Below the pieces are notes generated by a model. The model was given only the letters and a program-made list of their open reading frames with translations. It did no database searches and was not told where the DNA came from. From positions 2,432 through 66,431 of the forward strand of contig CALDSL010000003.1 in assembly GCA_937920255.1 (NCBI GenBank): a stretch of 64,000 nt of DNA, read 5' to 3'. The position numbers and the translations under genes were made by a program. The stretch is from an uncultured Anaerolineaceae bacterium. Its GTDB lineage: Bacteria > Chloroflexota > Anaerolineae > Anaerolineales > Anaerolineaceae. This document shows positions 1 through 9,997 of the stretch, one piece after another. Position 1 is the stretch's first letter; every line of letters begins with the position of its first letter.

Positions 1-575
1 CAAAAAATGGTGATCAGGGGTTGGATGGTTTCAAAGATCTTGGGGCCGATGCCCGGCACGTTTTGGATGTCTTCGATGGCATCGAACGGCCCATTGCTTT
101 CACGGTACTTAATGATCTCGGCGGCTTTGCCTTCGCCGATGCCGGGGAGACTGTCCAGTTCCTCCAGCGTGGCGGTATTGATGTTGATCAAATGGTTTTC
201 CGGCGCGGTGTCGATCTGCGCTGCGGAGCGCGTTGCGGGCGGCAGGCTGCCGGCTTCGGTGGTGGAGCGGATTTCTGGGATCACGATCTTTTGTCCGTCC
301 GTGAGCCGCGCCGCGAGATTGATCTGGCTGGCGTCAGCGCTCTCGAGCAGTCCTCCCGCGGCCTGGACCGCGTCTTCCAGGCGGCTGGCGGCGGGCAGCG
401 GATAAATGCCTTCCTGGAAAACTGCTCCGGTGATGTGTACCACCAGAGGCGCGGGCGTCGGCAGCGCAGGTAGCTGGATCGCTTCTCCCATCGGCCGAAG
501 ATTAATGAGCATCACAAATGCGCCGGCCAGGATACCAAAAAACACTCCGGTAAGTAGAGTCTGCCATGGCTTCAT
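1..575 (-). CDS. comEA: ComEA-like competence protein with helix-hairpin-helix DNA-binding domain; partial, the 3' end runs off the window
   Basis: Absent from the ORF track because there is no stop inside the window. My reverse translation from the ATG at 575-573 gives MKPWQTLLTGVFFGILAGAFVML (TM anchor) ... ININTATLEELDSLPGIGEGKAAEIIKYRESNGPFDAIEDIQNVPGIGPKIFETIQPLITIF, a tandem HhH typical of ComEA. Confidence 0.8.
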   Translation of the reverse strand, partial: MKPWQTLLTGVFFGILAGAFVMLINLRPMGEAIQLPALPTPAPLVVHITGAVFQEGIYPLPAASRLEDAVQAAGGLLESADASQINLAARLTDGQKIVIPEIRSTTEAGSLPPATRSAAQIDTAPENHLININTATLEELDSLPGIGEGKAAEIIKYRESNGPFDAIEDIQNVPGIGPKIFETIQPLITIF

Positions 576-671
576 TGCTTCCATCCTTGTCTGGTGCGGT
601 GTTGGCGAACACAAGAATTATTAACCAGTATAGCCAGGCAAGGGTGGGTGTCAAGTGTGGCTGGCAGTCTC

Positions 672-1604
672 TCAGCTTCCCGAAAGCACTTTTTCCGTCT
701 CCTTCTCCTCAACGGATACCGGCTGCAGCGCCAAACGCTGCTCCATGTTGAGCATGGTCTGAAATGCTGTAATTGATACTTCCAGCATATCCAGGCTGGG
801 CTCGCGAGTGGTGAGGTTTTGCAGCGCAAGGTTAGGGCGGATCAGCCACTTTACCAGCGGCGAGCTGAGATGGTTTGCCATCCAGCGGATGTATTCGTAC
901 GCAACACCGGCGAGCAGTGGCAGCAGCAGTACGCGGCTGACATAGCGCCACACGCCAGGCAGCGGGCCAATCAGGGCAAACACCAGGATCGACAGGATGA
1001 TCAGGGTCAGCAGGAACGATGTGCCGCAGCGCGGGTGCTGGAGCGAGTAGCGGGATACATTCTGCGGCGTGAGTTCCGCGCCGGCCTCAAAGGCGTTGAT
1101 GGTCTTGTGCTCGGCGCCGTGATAGGCAAACACGCGCTGGATATCCGGCATTTTACCGATCAACCAGATGTAGCCTACCATCAGGATCAGGCGCACGACG
1201 CCTTCCACCACGTTGCTCCACCAGGCGCTTATGCCCAGCAGCCGCTCCAACAGGTGTCCGGCCCCGGCCGGTGCCAGGAAAAATACCACGATGGCAAACA
1301 CCAGTGAAAAGCCGATGGTCAAATACTGCGCCGGGCCTTCAATTTTCTCGCTCTCGTCACCCTGCAAATTGGCGGAAAGGGTCAGATACCGGAAACCCAG
1401 ACCCAGCGCGTCCCACAGCAGTACGAGCCCGCGCAGGAAGGGGATCTTCGCGATCGGGCTGCGGTAGATGCCCTGCAACTGCTCGGTTTCGACCACAATC
1501 TTGCCATCCGGGGTGCGAAACGCGGCGGCCAGGGCTTTTGAGCCGCGCATGAGTACGCCTTCGATCAATGCCTGTCCGCCATATGACGGTAAACGTTCTG
1601 CCAT
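672..1604 (-). CDS. DUF1385 (YqhQ-like) membrane protein
   Basis: 310-aa ORF with AYHGAEHKTINAFEAG and HPRCGTSF motifs characteristic of DUF1385, plus several hydrophobic helices. Confidence 0.8.
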   Translation of the reverse strand: MAERLPSYGGQALIEGVLMRGSKALAAAFRTPDGKIVVETEQLQGIYRSPIAKIPFLRGLVLLWDALGLGFRYLTLSANLQGDESEKIEGPAQYLTIGFSLVFAIVVFFLAPAGAGHLLERLLGISAWWSNVVEGVVRLILMVGYIWLIGKMPDIQRVFAYHGAEHKTINAFEAGAELTPQNVSRYSLQHPRCGTSFLLTLIILSILVFALIGPLPGVWRYVSRVLLLPLLAGVAYEYIRWMANHLSSPLVKWLIRPNLALQNLTTREPSLDMLEVSITAFQTMLNMEQRLALQPVSVEEKETEKVLSGS

Positions 1605-1622
1605 ACCTGTCTTTCGTCCTTC

Positions 1623-3005
1623 TTACAGGCCGTGTTCGCCGGCCATGTTATAGATAAAATGGATCACCGCTTCGATGCCGCGGTACCAGTTGGCGAGGTT
1701 CAACTTCTCGTTGGGTGCATGAATGTTATCGTCCGGTAGGCCGAACCCGGTGATCACCGATGGCACGCCCAAAATCGAGCGCATATCCGTGACCACGGGA
1801 ATACTGCCACCTTCGCGTTTGTACAACGGAGCCACGCCCCACACCGTTTCCAACGCCTGGGCAAACGAGCGTACCTGGGGCAGGTCCAGTTCGGAGATGA
1901 CTGCCGGGCCGCCGCCAAAATAGGTCAGATCCCAGTGGATGCTGGCCGGTGCGTTGGCTTCCAGGTAGCGCAGCAGCGCCTGGTGAATTTCATCGGGCTG
2001 CTGGTTGGGAACCAGCCGGCACGAGATCTTTGCCATCGCCCAGGCGGGAATGACCGTCTTGCGTCCTTCTTCGACAAAGCCGGAGAGCAGGCCGTGCACG
2101 TCGAGGGTCGGGCGGCCGCCGGTCTGTTCGGCGGGGATGAAACCCTGTTCGCCTTTGAGGGCGGGCACGCCGGTCGCCTGAAGGTAGAAATCTTCGCCCA
2201 TCGGCAGGCGTGCCATCTGGCGGCGCTCTTCATCACTGAGCGGCTGGACGGCATCGTAAAAACCGGGCAGGGTCACACGGCCCTGCTCGTCGTGCATGCC
2301 CGCGATCAACTCGCACAGGGCGTTGGCAGGGTTGTGCACCACGCCGCCAAAGGAGCCCGAATGCAGGTCATGTGCCGGCCCGGTGACGCGCAGCTCGAAG
2401 TAGGCCAGCCCGCGCAACCCGTAGATGATGGTGGGGTGCTCGGGGCTGATCATGCCGCCGTCAGCGTTGAGGACAATATCGCACGCCAGCATTTCTTTGT
2501 GCTGGCTCAGGAAAGCGGGCAGGTTGGCGGAGCCAATCTCCTCTTCGCCTTCAATGATGAACTTCAGATTAACCGGCGCGGGACCCTGTGCAAGCACCGC
2601 CTCGACCGCTTGAACGCAAGCCACCACCTGGCCTTTCATATCCGACGCGCCGCGACCGTACAGATTGCCATCGCGCTCCTCGGGTTCGTAGGGCGGCGAT
2701 TTCCACAGGTCGAGCGGATCGGGTGGCTGCACATCATAGTGGCCGTAGACCAGGATGGTCGGTTTCCCGGGGATGGCGGCGGGAACTTCGCCATACACCA
2801 CCGGGTGCCCCGCGGTTTCATGCACCTGCGCGGATGCGCCCAAACCACGCAACCTGGCGGCCAGCCAGTCAGCGGCGCGGCGCATTTCTTTGCCACTGTC
2901 TGCGTAAGTGGACACGGATGGGATACGAACAAGTTCTTTCAAGGCCTCCAACGCTTCGGTCTGGTGACCGCGTGCATAAGCAACCGCATTCTTGCGAATA
3001 TCCAT
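1623..3005 (-). CDS. M20 family dipeptidase / metallo-hydrolase
   Basis: 460 aa. YGHYDVQP, YGRGASDMKG and IEGEEEIGS are the M20 (ArgE/DapE/dipeptidase) metal-site motifs. Confidence 0.85.
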   Translation of the reverse strand: MDIRKNAVAYARGHQTEALEALKELVRIPSVSTYADSGKEMRRAADWLAARLRGLGASAQVHETAGHPVVYGEVPAAIPGKPTILVYGHYDVQPPDPLDLWKSPPYEPEERDGNLYGRGASDMKGQVVACVQAVEAVLAQGPAPVNLKFIIEGEEEIGSANLPAFLSQHKEMLACDIVLNADGGMISPEHPTIIYGLRGLAYFELRVTGPAHDLHSGSFGGVVHNPANALCELIAGMHDEQGRVTLPGFYDAVQPLSDEERRQMARLPMGEDFYLQATGVPALKGEQGFIPAEQTGGRPTLDVHGLLSGFVEEGRKTVIPAWAMAKISCRLVPNQQPDEIHQALLRYLEANAPASIHWDLTYFGGGPAVISELDLPQVRSFAQALETVWGVAPLYKREGGSIPVVTDMRSILGVPSVITGFGLPDDNIHAPNEKLNLANWYRGIEAVIHFIYNMAGEHGL

Positions 3006-3216
3006 GATCGTGATCTCTCCTGAGGTTCCTTCATTGCGGCGGATAACCCGATCTATCGCCGCCGGTACCGGTTGATTATATGCTATTTTTGAAAGGTTTG
3101 CGACTCAACCGCCGTGGCGCGCAAAGGGTTTCCGCATCGTATGATACAATTTTTTGGTGACCAACATACCGGTTGTTAGCGGTATATGCAGCAACAATCC
3201 CAATGGAGACGGCATC

Positions 3217-5634
3217 ATGCAGTTTAAATCTATTCTGGTTGCGCTGATTTGCGTCCTTGTCTGCAGTGCTTTTGTACCCGCGGCCATGCCGGTTGCGGCG
3301 CAGCCGCCCCAACCGGTGGGTGACCAACCCGAATTTGTGCCTGGCATCCTCATCGTCGGGTATGAGAAAGGCAGTCCACCGCGGCTGATGGATCTCCCGC
3401 GCGAAGCTGGCATGGCAGCCAAAGGGCAGGAGCTTCAGGCCCTGAATGCCTTGAACATCGTCAAGATCAGCGTACCGGTAGGGCAGGAAGAGCAAATCCG
3501 GCAGGAGCTGCTGCAAAACCCGGATGTACGCTACGTGGAAATGGATTATCTGGCGTACGCGCAGCTTATCCCTAACGATCCGCGCTGGCCGGAACAGTAT
3601 GGTCCGCAGGCCGTTAACGCGCCGGAGGCGTGGGATATCACCACGGGTTCGAGCGATATTGTGCTTGCGGTGATCGATTCAGGCATCGACTCGCGCCACC
3701 CGGAGTTTTCCGGCCGGCTGGCGCGCGGTTATGATTTTATTGACGACGACAGTACGCCGCAGGACGACTGCGGCCACGGAACGCACGTGGCCGGCATCGC
3801 CGCGGCCACGGGGAACAACCGCAGGGGCGTCGCCGGGATCGACTGGCATTCGAAAGTCATGCCCATCCGCGTGATCCACGATACCGGCGCGAGCTGCTCG
3901 GGGCCAACCAGCGGGCTGGCAAGCGGGATTGTGTATGCCGTCCAGCACGGGGCAAAGGTGATCAACCTGAGCGTGGGACTGGCGCCCGGCGCGTTCTCGC
4001 AGACTCTGGAAGATGCGGTCACTTATGCCTACCAGCAGGGCGTGGCGGTATTCGCCGCAGCGGGGAATTACGGCGGAACCAGCCTGCTTCACCCGGCCTC
4101 GGCGCAGTACGCGCTGGCGGTGGGCGCCGCCAACCGCAGTCTGACCGACAAGGCCTCTTTCTCTAATGCCAGCAATCTGGCCGGCCAGCGGATGGTGGTC
4201 GCGCCGGGCGTAAACATCCTCTCAACCACACCCAATCATTCGTTCCTGTACGAGGAATTTGGCGTCACGCGCAACTACGGCATCCTTTCCGGTACATCGA
4301 TGGCCACGCCGCACGTATCTGGCGCGGCGACCCTGATGGCGGCTCTGCCAGCATTTGACACCCCGGATAAGATCTACCAGGCGATCATTGCCACAGCGTT
4401 GGATATCGGCCCGGAGGATGGATGGGATCGCAATACCGGTTATGGACTGCTGCAAATCGAACTGGCGATGGGTTTTGAGGACTTCACTCCGCCTCCGGTG
4501 GAAGAACCGGGTGTGGTATATGACTACGTCACTTCGGTGGATTGTCCCGAGGTAACATATGAATGGGATGATGCCAGCGGAGGGCTGCCAGTTCCGCTGG
4601 TGAGCGCCGACGCGCGCGCGGAGATTACCCTATCCGCGCCAATACCGTATGCCGGCCAAAGTTTTTCGAGCATCACCGTCAGCGCCAACGGGTATGTCTC
4701 GTTTGGCGCAGAGAGTATGCCCTATTCCGATAAGATCAACTATCCCATCCCCTGGCCAGCGCCGCCCAATTTGATGGTTGCTCCCTACTGGTCAGATTTG
4801 AGCCAGTCGGTGGGTGGGGGCGTGTATTATCTCGATCTTGCCGACCGCCTGATCGTGCAATGGGATGAGGTTTCCATTCAGGGCATGGTGCCGCAAAACA
4901 GCCTGCTGACCTTTCAGGTGATCTTCTATCGCACCAGCGGGCATATCCTGTTCCAGTACCGCACGCTGCGTGGCCCGCATTCGGATGGCGACCGCGGAAC
5001 CGTGGGCCTGGAGTACGGCAGCAGCTCCGGCACGCAGGTTTCCTATAATCAGGCCGGAAAACTGAGACCGGAAATGGCGATCCTGTTCGTCCCGGCTGAA
5101 CCGGGCAGTACGCGCAACCTGTTTGACTGCCTGCTGGTGACGCGCGAGGATTTTCTCGGTTGTAACCAACTCCCGCCATTTGGCGTCGATCTGCCGGATA
5201 CCGCGCCGCCCCTGGCCGATGGGACAGAACTGACCATCCGGCTGCTGCGCTCAGTGCCACGTAATTGGCCGGAGAATTTCCTGCCAGTTGAGGCGTACGC
5301 GGGTATCGACATCCAGCCCGACCCGCCGGAAGCAGTGGTGTGCTACACCTACACCGGCGCGGACGTGTTGAAGGCCGGTGGCCGCCCGCAAAATCTGTTC
5401 CTGGCCAACTACCGGCCCAGCGGCCGGCGCTGGGAGCGGCTGCCGACCGTGGCGGAACCGCTCGCCAGCCAGCTTCGCGCCGAAGTGGATCATTTCTCCA
5501 TTTTTGGCGTATTCGCGCTGCAGCCTTCGCGTCTGCCCGAGACAGGCGCCGATCTGACGGCTGGTTTTTCGCCGCTGATTGTGGTCGCGCTGGGCGTGGT
5601 GGCTTTGGCGCTGCTGCGCCGGGTGCTGCTGTAA
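3217..5634 (+). CDS. S8 (subtilisin-like) serine protease with C-terminal LPETG sortase sorting signal
   Basis: Asp/His/Ser triad motifs AVIDSGID, HGTHVAG and SGTSMATPHVSG. Signal peptide begins MQFKSILVALICVLV after a GGAGA RBS, so I moved the start from 3154 to the ATG at 3217. LPETG lies at 5533-5547, followed by a hydrophobic stretch and RRVLL. Confidence 0.9.
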   Translation: MQFKSILVALICVLVCSAFVPAAMPVAAQPPQPVGDQPEFVPGILIVGYEKGSPPRLMDLPREAGMAAKGQELQALNALNIVKISVPVGQEEQIRQELLQNPDVRYVEMDYLAYAQLIPNDPRWPEQYGPQAVNAPEAWDITTGSSDIVLAVIDSGIDSRHPEFSGRLARGYDFIDDDSTPQDDCGHGTHVAGIAAATGNNRRGVAGIDWHSKVMPIRVIHDTGASCSGPTSGLASGIVYAVQHGAKVINLSVGLAPGAFSQTLEDAVTYAYQQGVAVFAAAGNYGGTSLLHPASAQYALAVGAANRSLTDKASFSNASNLAGQRMVVAPGVNILSTTPNHSFLYEEFGVTRNYGILSGTSMATPHVSGAATLMAALPAFDTPDKIYQAIIATALDIGPEDGWDRNTGYGLLQIELAMGFEDFTPPPVEEPGVVYDYVTSVDCPEVTYEWDDASGGLPVPLVSADARAEITLSAPIPYAGQSFSSITVSANGYVSFGAESMPYSDKINYPIPWPAPPNLMVAPYWSDLSQSVGGGVYYLDLADRLIVQWDEVSIQGMVPQNSLLTFQVIFYRTSGHILFQYRTLRGPHSDGDRGTVGLEYGSSSGTQVSYNQAGKLRPEMAILFVPAEPGSTRNLFDCLLVTREDFLGCNQLPPFGVDLPDTAPPLADGTELTIRLLRSVPRNWPENFLPVEAYAGIDIQPDPPEAVVCYTYTGADVLKAGGRPQNLFLANYRPSGRRWERLPTVAEPLASQLRAEVDHFSIFGVFALQPSRLPETGADLTAGFSPLIVVALGVVALALLRRVLL

Positions 5635-5638
5635 GCGT

Positions 5639-6346
5639 ATGAGGGGTATCTGCCGTGCGCGGTGGCTGTGCTTGGCGGTGATGATTTTCCTCGCGGGGTG
5701 CCAGGCGGCGATTACTCCCTCGGCTATCCAGTCGCCTTTGGCAGAAACGACAACCACGCTGCCTGCGCCAGTCCAGCATACGCGGGCCACGCCATTAGCC
5801 ATCACGGAAACGCCGCCCGCTGTCCTGAAACCCTCCGCGACACCGCTCCCGGATTCACTGGAGGAGCTGGCGCGCGGCGTGCATGGCAAAAGGCTGGTTG
5901 AATGGGTGGAACTACCGGCCATCCGCGTGCGTGCGCCGGTGCGCCCGGTGGGATGGAGTGCCGAATCGGTGGAGGATCTGCCGGAATGGGACAACCCCGA
6001 GGCAGAAGTGGGGTGGGTGGTATCCAGCGCGCTCCCGGGCGACGCGGGAAATATCATTCTTTACGGGCATAACAACATCCATTCCTCGGTCTTTCTGCGC
6101 CTGTCAGAGATGCAACCCGGCGATGAAATAGCACTAACGACTGGCGAGGGAGAGTGGCGTTACCGGGTGAAAGAGGTGAGGATTCTGGAAATCGGCGGGG
6201 AAGAAGCCGACCAGCGCGCCTACCAGCAATACCTGCAGCCCGGTGAGGAAGCGTTGTTGACGTTACTGTCCTGCTGGCCGCCTGATAACAACACCCACCG
6301 CGTGATCGTGAAGGCCCTGCCGGAAAGTGACGCGCCGAATCGCTAG
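5639..6346 (+). CDS. Sortase family transpeptidase
   Basis: ILYGHNN (catalytic His), LLTLLSCWP (TLxTC-like catalytic Cys) and an N-terminal TM/lipobox-like segment LAVMIFLAGC. The ATG at 5639 lies 5 nt after the protease stop. Confidence 0.85.
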   Translation: MRGICRARWLCLAVMIFLAGCQAAITPSAIQSPLAETTTTLPAPVQHTRATPLAITETPPAVLKPSATPLPDSLEELARGVHGKRLVEWVELPAIRVRAPVRPVGWSAESVEDLPEWDNPEAEVGWVVSSALPGDAGNIILYGHNNIHSSVFLRLSEMQPGDEIALTTGEGEWRYRVKEVRILEIGGEEADQRAYQQYLQPGEEALLTLLSCWPPDNNTHRVIVKALPESDAPNR

Positions 6347-6363
6347 AAGTTTTGAAACCCCTA

Positions 6364-6372
6364 TGCTAAAAT
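6364..6372 (+). promoter_or_regulatory. Candidate extended -10 promoter (TGcTAAAAT) upstream of ssnA
   Basis: tatGCTAAAAT read directly from the sequence. No good -35. About 215 nt upstream of the ssnA ATG. Confidence 0.3.
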
Positions 6373-6588
6373 GCAGGCACAGGATCAGGTGGTCGGTATC
6401 AAGGAAAACTTGACCGGCGTGGGGTGGCCACAGCCCTTCGAAAAGTACCGCTGACCTTGAACACCGATCCTATGAAAAAGTACCTCACCCACCGGGCAGC
6501 ATTTTTCCGCGCGAGAACGGAATTGAGCGCGTCATTTTGGGTTTTGATGCAACCGCCTGCGATTCGAGAAGAATAAGGAGGAAAATTC

Positions 6589-7926
6589 ATGCTGATCGTA
6601 AATGGGAAGAACATCACCTGGGGCCAGCCGAACGAGATTGTGGAAGGCTATGCAATCCTGATCCAGGGCGATACGATCAAAGAGATCGGGCCGCAGGACG
6701 ATTTGATCGCGCGATATCCACAGGAAGAGCGCAAAGATGCGCATAGCCAATATGTGATGCCAGGCAATATTTGCGCGCACACGCACTTTTACGGGGCGTT
6801 TTCGCGCGGCATGGGCATTCCCGGCCCGGCGGCCAAAGATTTCCCTGAGATCCTGCAAAAACTATGGTGGCCGCTGGATAAATCACTGCTGATGGAAGAT
6901 GTGCGCTATTCTACGCTGGTGTGCCTGGTGGACGCCGTGCGGCACGGCACGACCACGCTGATCGACCACCACGCTTCACCGGCTGCCATCACCGGGTCGC
7001 TGGACGTGATTGCCGAAGCGGTTGAGCAAGCGGGCGTGCGCGCTTCGTTGTGCTATGAAGTCACCGACCGCAACGGTCTGGATGGAGCCCGCGAGGGCAT
7101 CGAGGAGAATGTGCGTTTCCTCAAGCGCGTGGGCGGGGAGAGCAATGGGCGGCTGGCGGCGCTGTTTGGCCTGCACGCTGGTCTGACGATTTCGGATGAA
7201 ACCCTGGCCGCCTGCCGTGAGGCGGTTGGTGAAGACGTGGGTTTTCATATTCACGTGGCAGAACACCCATCGGATGAATACGATAGCCTGCAAAAGACCG
7301 GCATGCGCGTGGTCGACCGGCTGCAAAAGTTTGGCATTCTCGGGCCGCGCTCGATCGTGGTGCATGCTGTGCACGTCGACGCGCGTGAGATGGCCATCCT
7401 GGCCGAAACAAATACCTGGGTGTCGCACCAGCCGCGTTCGAATATGAACAATGCCGTGGGCCTGCCGGCGGTGGAGGATATGCTGCGCATGGGTATCCGC
7501 GTCTGTCTGGGCAACGACGGATTCTCCAACGCAATGTGGGAAGAGTGGAAAGCCGCCTATCTGGCACACAAACTCTACCACCGCGATCCTCGCAAAGTGC
7601 AGGGCGACACGGTGGCGCGCATGGCGGCGTACAACAATGCCGCACTGGCGCAGACCATGTTTGGTGTGCCGGTGGGCGTCATTGCTCCCGGCGCGAAGGC
7701 CGACCTAATCTTCGTCGATTACCATCCCTTTACGGAATTGACGGCAGGCAACCTGCCGTGGCAGATTGTGTTTGGTTTCCACGAGAGCATGGTCACCACC
7801 ACCATTGTTGGCGGACAGGTATTAATGGATAACCGGGAACTGCTGACCCTGGACGAGGAGAAGATCGCGTATGAGGCGCGCAAGCTCTCACCAGAGGTGT
7901 GGCAGCGCTACCAGCAGCAATTTTAG
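6589..7926 (+). CDS. ssnA: Putative aminohydrolase SsnA (amidohydrolase superfamily)
   Basis: 445 aa. Collinear with what I recall of E. coli SsnA: MLI..., LWWPLDKSL, IDHHASP, HxH metal site CAHTHFY, HQPRSNMNN. AAGGAGG RBS. Confidence 0.85.
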   Translation: MLIVNGKNITWGQPNEIVEGYAILIQGDTIKEIGPQDDLIARYPQEERKDAHSQYVMPGNICAHTHFYGAFSRGMGIPGPAAKDFPEILQKLWWPLDKSLLMEDVRYSTLVCLVDAVRHGTTTLIDHHASPAAITGSLDVIAEAVEQAGVRASLCYEVTDRNGLDGAREGIEENVRFLKRVGGESNGRLAALFGLHAGLTISDETLAACREAVGEDVGFHIHVAEHPSDEYDSLQKTGMRVVDRLQKFGILGPRSIVVHAVHVDAREMAILAETNTWVSHQPRSNMNNAVGLPAVEDMLRMGIRVCLGNDGFSNAMWEEWKAAYLAHKLYHRDPRKVQGDTVARMAAYNNAALAQTMFGVPVGVIAPGAKADLIFVDYHPFTELTAGNLPWQIVFGFHESMVTTTIVGGQVLMDNRELLTLDEEKIAYEARKLSPEVWQRYQQQF

Positions 7927-7952
7927 ATCAGGCAAGACTTTGGAGGCATAGC

Positions 7953-8639
7953 GTGAGCGAAGAGAAACATGCAAAACCCAAGACGATCGCCATCATCGGC
8001 GGCACCGGGAAAGAAGGCAAGGGGCTGGCGTACCGCTGGTGCAAGGCGGGCTACCGCATCATTATCGGATCGCGGCAGTTGGAAAAGGCCCAGGCGGCGG
8101 TCGAAGATGTACTGTTGCTGGCCGAGGAGCACGTCCATCTGAGCGGCATGACAAACCCCGAGGCGGCCGAGCAGGCGGATCTGGTGGTTCTGACTGTACC
8201 GTATTCTGTGCACTGCGAAATGTTGGAAGCGCTGAAACCTTACTTGAAGGGCAAGATTCTGGTGGACGTGACCGTGCCGCTGGTGCCGCCAAAGGTCACC
8301 AAAGTGCAGATGCCACCGGAGGGCAGCGCTTCGATGCAGGCGCAAGCCATTCTGGGCGAGGATACCCAGGTTGTGGCAGCGTTCCAGAATATTTCCTACG
8401 AGAAATTGCTCAATAACGAAGAAGTCGAATGCGACGTGCTGGTGTGCGGCAAAGGAAAATCTGCCCGCGAAGTGGTGCTGGAGCTGGTGCGCGACGCCGG
8501 TCTGGTGGGGTGGGACGCCGGCCCGTTGGAGAACGCGGTTGTGGTCGAGGGTATGACCTCGATACTGATCGGCCTCAACAAGCAATTTGGGGTACAATCA
8601 GCGGGAATCCGCATCACCGGTGTACCGCGGCCATTTTAA
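7953..8639 (+). CDS. npdG: NADPH-dependent F420 reductase
   Basis: Rossmann motif KTIAIIGGTGKEGKGLA and typical NpdG length. I chose the GTG at 7953, 7 nt after GGAGG; the track start at 7899 overlaps ssnA. Confidence 0.8.
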   Translation: MSEEKHAKPKTIAIIGGTGKEGKGLAYRWCKAGYRIIIGSRQLEKAQAAVEDVLLLAEEHVHLSGMTNPEAAEQADLVVLTVPYSVHCEMLEALKPYLKGKILVDVTVPLVPPKVTKVQMPPEGSASMQAQAILGEDTQVVAAFQNISYEKLLNNEEVECDVLVCGKGKSAREVVLELVRDAGLVGWDAGPLENAVVVEGMTSILIGLNKQFGVQSAGIRITGVPRPF

Positions 8640-8651
8640 GGAGAGAGCCTG

Positions 8652-9422
8652 TTGCCAGCGTTAACGCTTCAACCCGTTTCTGGTATCCCCCTGGTCCAAC
8701 CAGGTGATGACCTGGCCGATATGGTGTGGAATGCATTGCGGCAGTCGGGCATTCACCTGCACGATGGCGACATTCTGGTTGTGGCGCAAAAGATTGTCTC
8801 CAAAGCCGAAGGCCGGTTGGTGAACCTGAACGATGTAGAACCAGGCGAACAAGCCCGTGAACTGGCCGGCGTGACCCAGAAAGATGCGCGCTTTCTCGAG
8901 CTGGTACTGCGCGAAAGCCGCGAAGTGCTGCGCACGCGGCCGGGAACGATCATCGTGGAGCACAATTGCGGTTTTGTGTGCGCCAACGCCGGCATCGATC
9001 ATTCTAATGTAGAGGGGCCGTGGGGAAACGCCGAAGACTGGGTGCTGCTGCTGCCGGAAAACGCCGACCGCTCCGCTCAGCGGCTGCGCGACGCGCTGCA
9101 AGAGCGCTCTGGGGCGCAGGTGGGCATTTTGATCATCGATTCGCATGGGCGGGCATGGCGCATGGGTACGGTTGGCGCCGCCATTGGCGTGGCAGGGCTG
9201 CCCGGGCTGGTCGACTTGCGCGGCCAGCCGGATATGTTCGGCTATACCCTGCGGGTGACGATGGTGGCCGCGGCGGATGAACTTGCCGCGGCGGCTTCGC
9301 TGGTCATGGGACAGGCCGACGAGCAGACACCGCTGGTACACGTGCGCGGTTTTCCGTACGCGCTGCGCGAAGGGAGTCTGTCAGAGTTGATCCGTCCAAA
9401 AGAACTGGATATGTTCCGTTAG
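8652..9422 (+). CDS. cofE: Coenzyme F420-0:L-glutamate ligase
   Basis: 256 aa. SKAEGR, NAGID.SN and IIDSHGRAWR motifs typical of CofE. TTG start after AAGGAG. Confidence 0.85.
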   Translation: MPALTLQPVSGIPLVQPGDDLADMVWNALRQSGIHLHDGDILVVAQKIVSKAEGRLVNLNDVEPGEQARELAGVTQKDARFLELVLRESREVLRTRPGTIIVEHNCGFVCANAGIDHSNVEGPWGNAEDWVLLLPENADRSAQRLRDALQERSGAQVGILIIDSHGRAWRMGTVGAAIGVAGLPGLVDLRGQPDMFGYTLRVTMVAAADELAAAASLVMGQADEQTPLVHVRGFPYALREGSLSELIRPKELDMFR

Positions 9423-9438
9423 GGGGTTGGAGGGTATT

Positions 9439-9969
9439 ATGTATGTGGTCGCAACGCTACTCAACCCTGCCGCCACCCAACAAACACAGCAAATGTGGGA
9501 GTGGCTGGAAACCCAATGCGGGCTGATGGGGATCAAGCTGACCCCGCTGCCACATTTTTCCTGGGTCGTCACCGAAGAATTTGACTTGAATCGAGTGGAA
9601 GTTGAAATTCGCAAGCTGGCCGAGGAACTCGAGTCGTTTACCGCGGAAACCACCGGATTGGGCATTTTTACGGGCGAAAGTCCGGTGCTGCACACCAACC
9701 TGGTGAAGACACGCCGGCTGCTCGAGGTGCAGGAGCGAATTTGGAATGCGACCAGCAGCTGCGCCACGCGGATAAGCCCATATTATGAGCCGAGTTCGTG
9801 GATGCCGCATATTACCCTGGCCTACCGGGATATCACGCCCGCGAACCTGGGGTGCGCGGTTCAGGACCTGGCATTCCGCCACCTGAACATGAGAGTCTTT
9901 GTCGATCATCTGGCGTTGATTTACGATGTCGAAGGCCAGATTGGGATTAAGTTCCGATACGATTTTTAA
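9439..9969 (+). CDS. 2H phosphoesterase / 2'-5' RNA ligase family protein
   Basis: Two H-x-S/T motifs (PHFSW and PHITL) at the spacing typical of the 2H superfamily. The ATG at 9439 follows GGAGGG. Confidence 0.6.
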   Translation: MYVVATLLNPAATQQTQQMWEWLETQCGLMGIKLTPLPHFSWVVTEEFDLNRVEVEIRKLAEELESFTAETTGLGIFTGESPVLHTNLVKTRRLLEVQERIWNATSSCATRISPYYEPSSWMPHITLAYRDITPANLGCAVQDLAFRHLNMRVFVDHLALIYDVEGQIGIKFRYDF

Positions 9970-9997
9970 ATGAGTTAACCGGAAAAGGTGGGAAGAT

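Noticed and set aside
3154-3216. Upstream extension of the S8 protease ORF
   Set aside because: The signal peptide starts at the MQFKSIL methionine (3217), which has an RBS. The extension has no signal-peptide character.
4736-5779. 347-aa minus-strand ORF across the protease/sortase junction
   Set aside because: Extremely Arg/Pro/Ala-rich. It overlaps two well-supported plus-strand genes.
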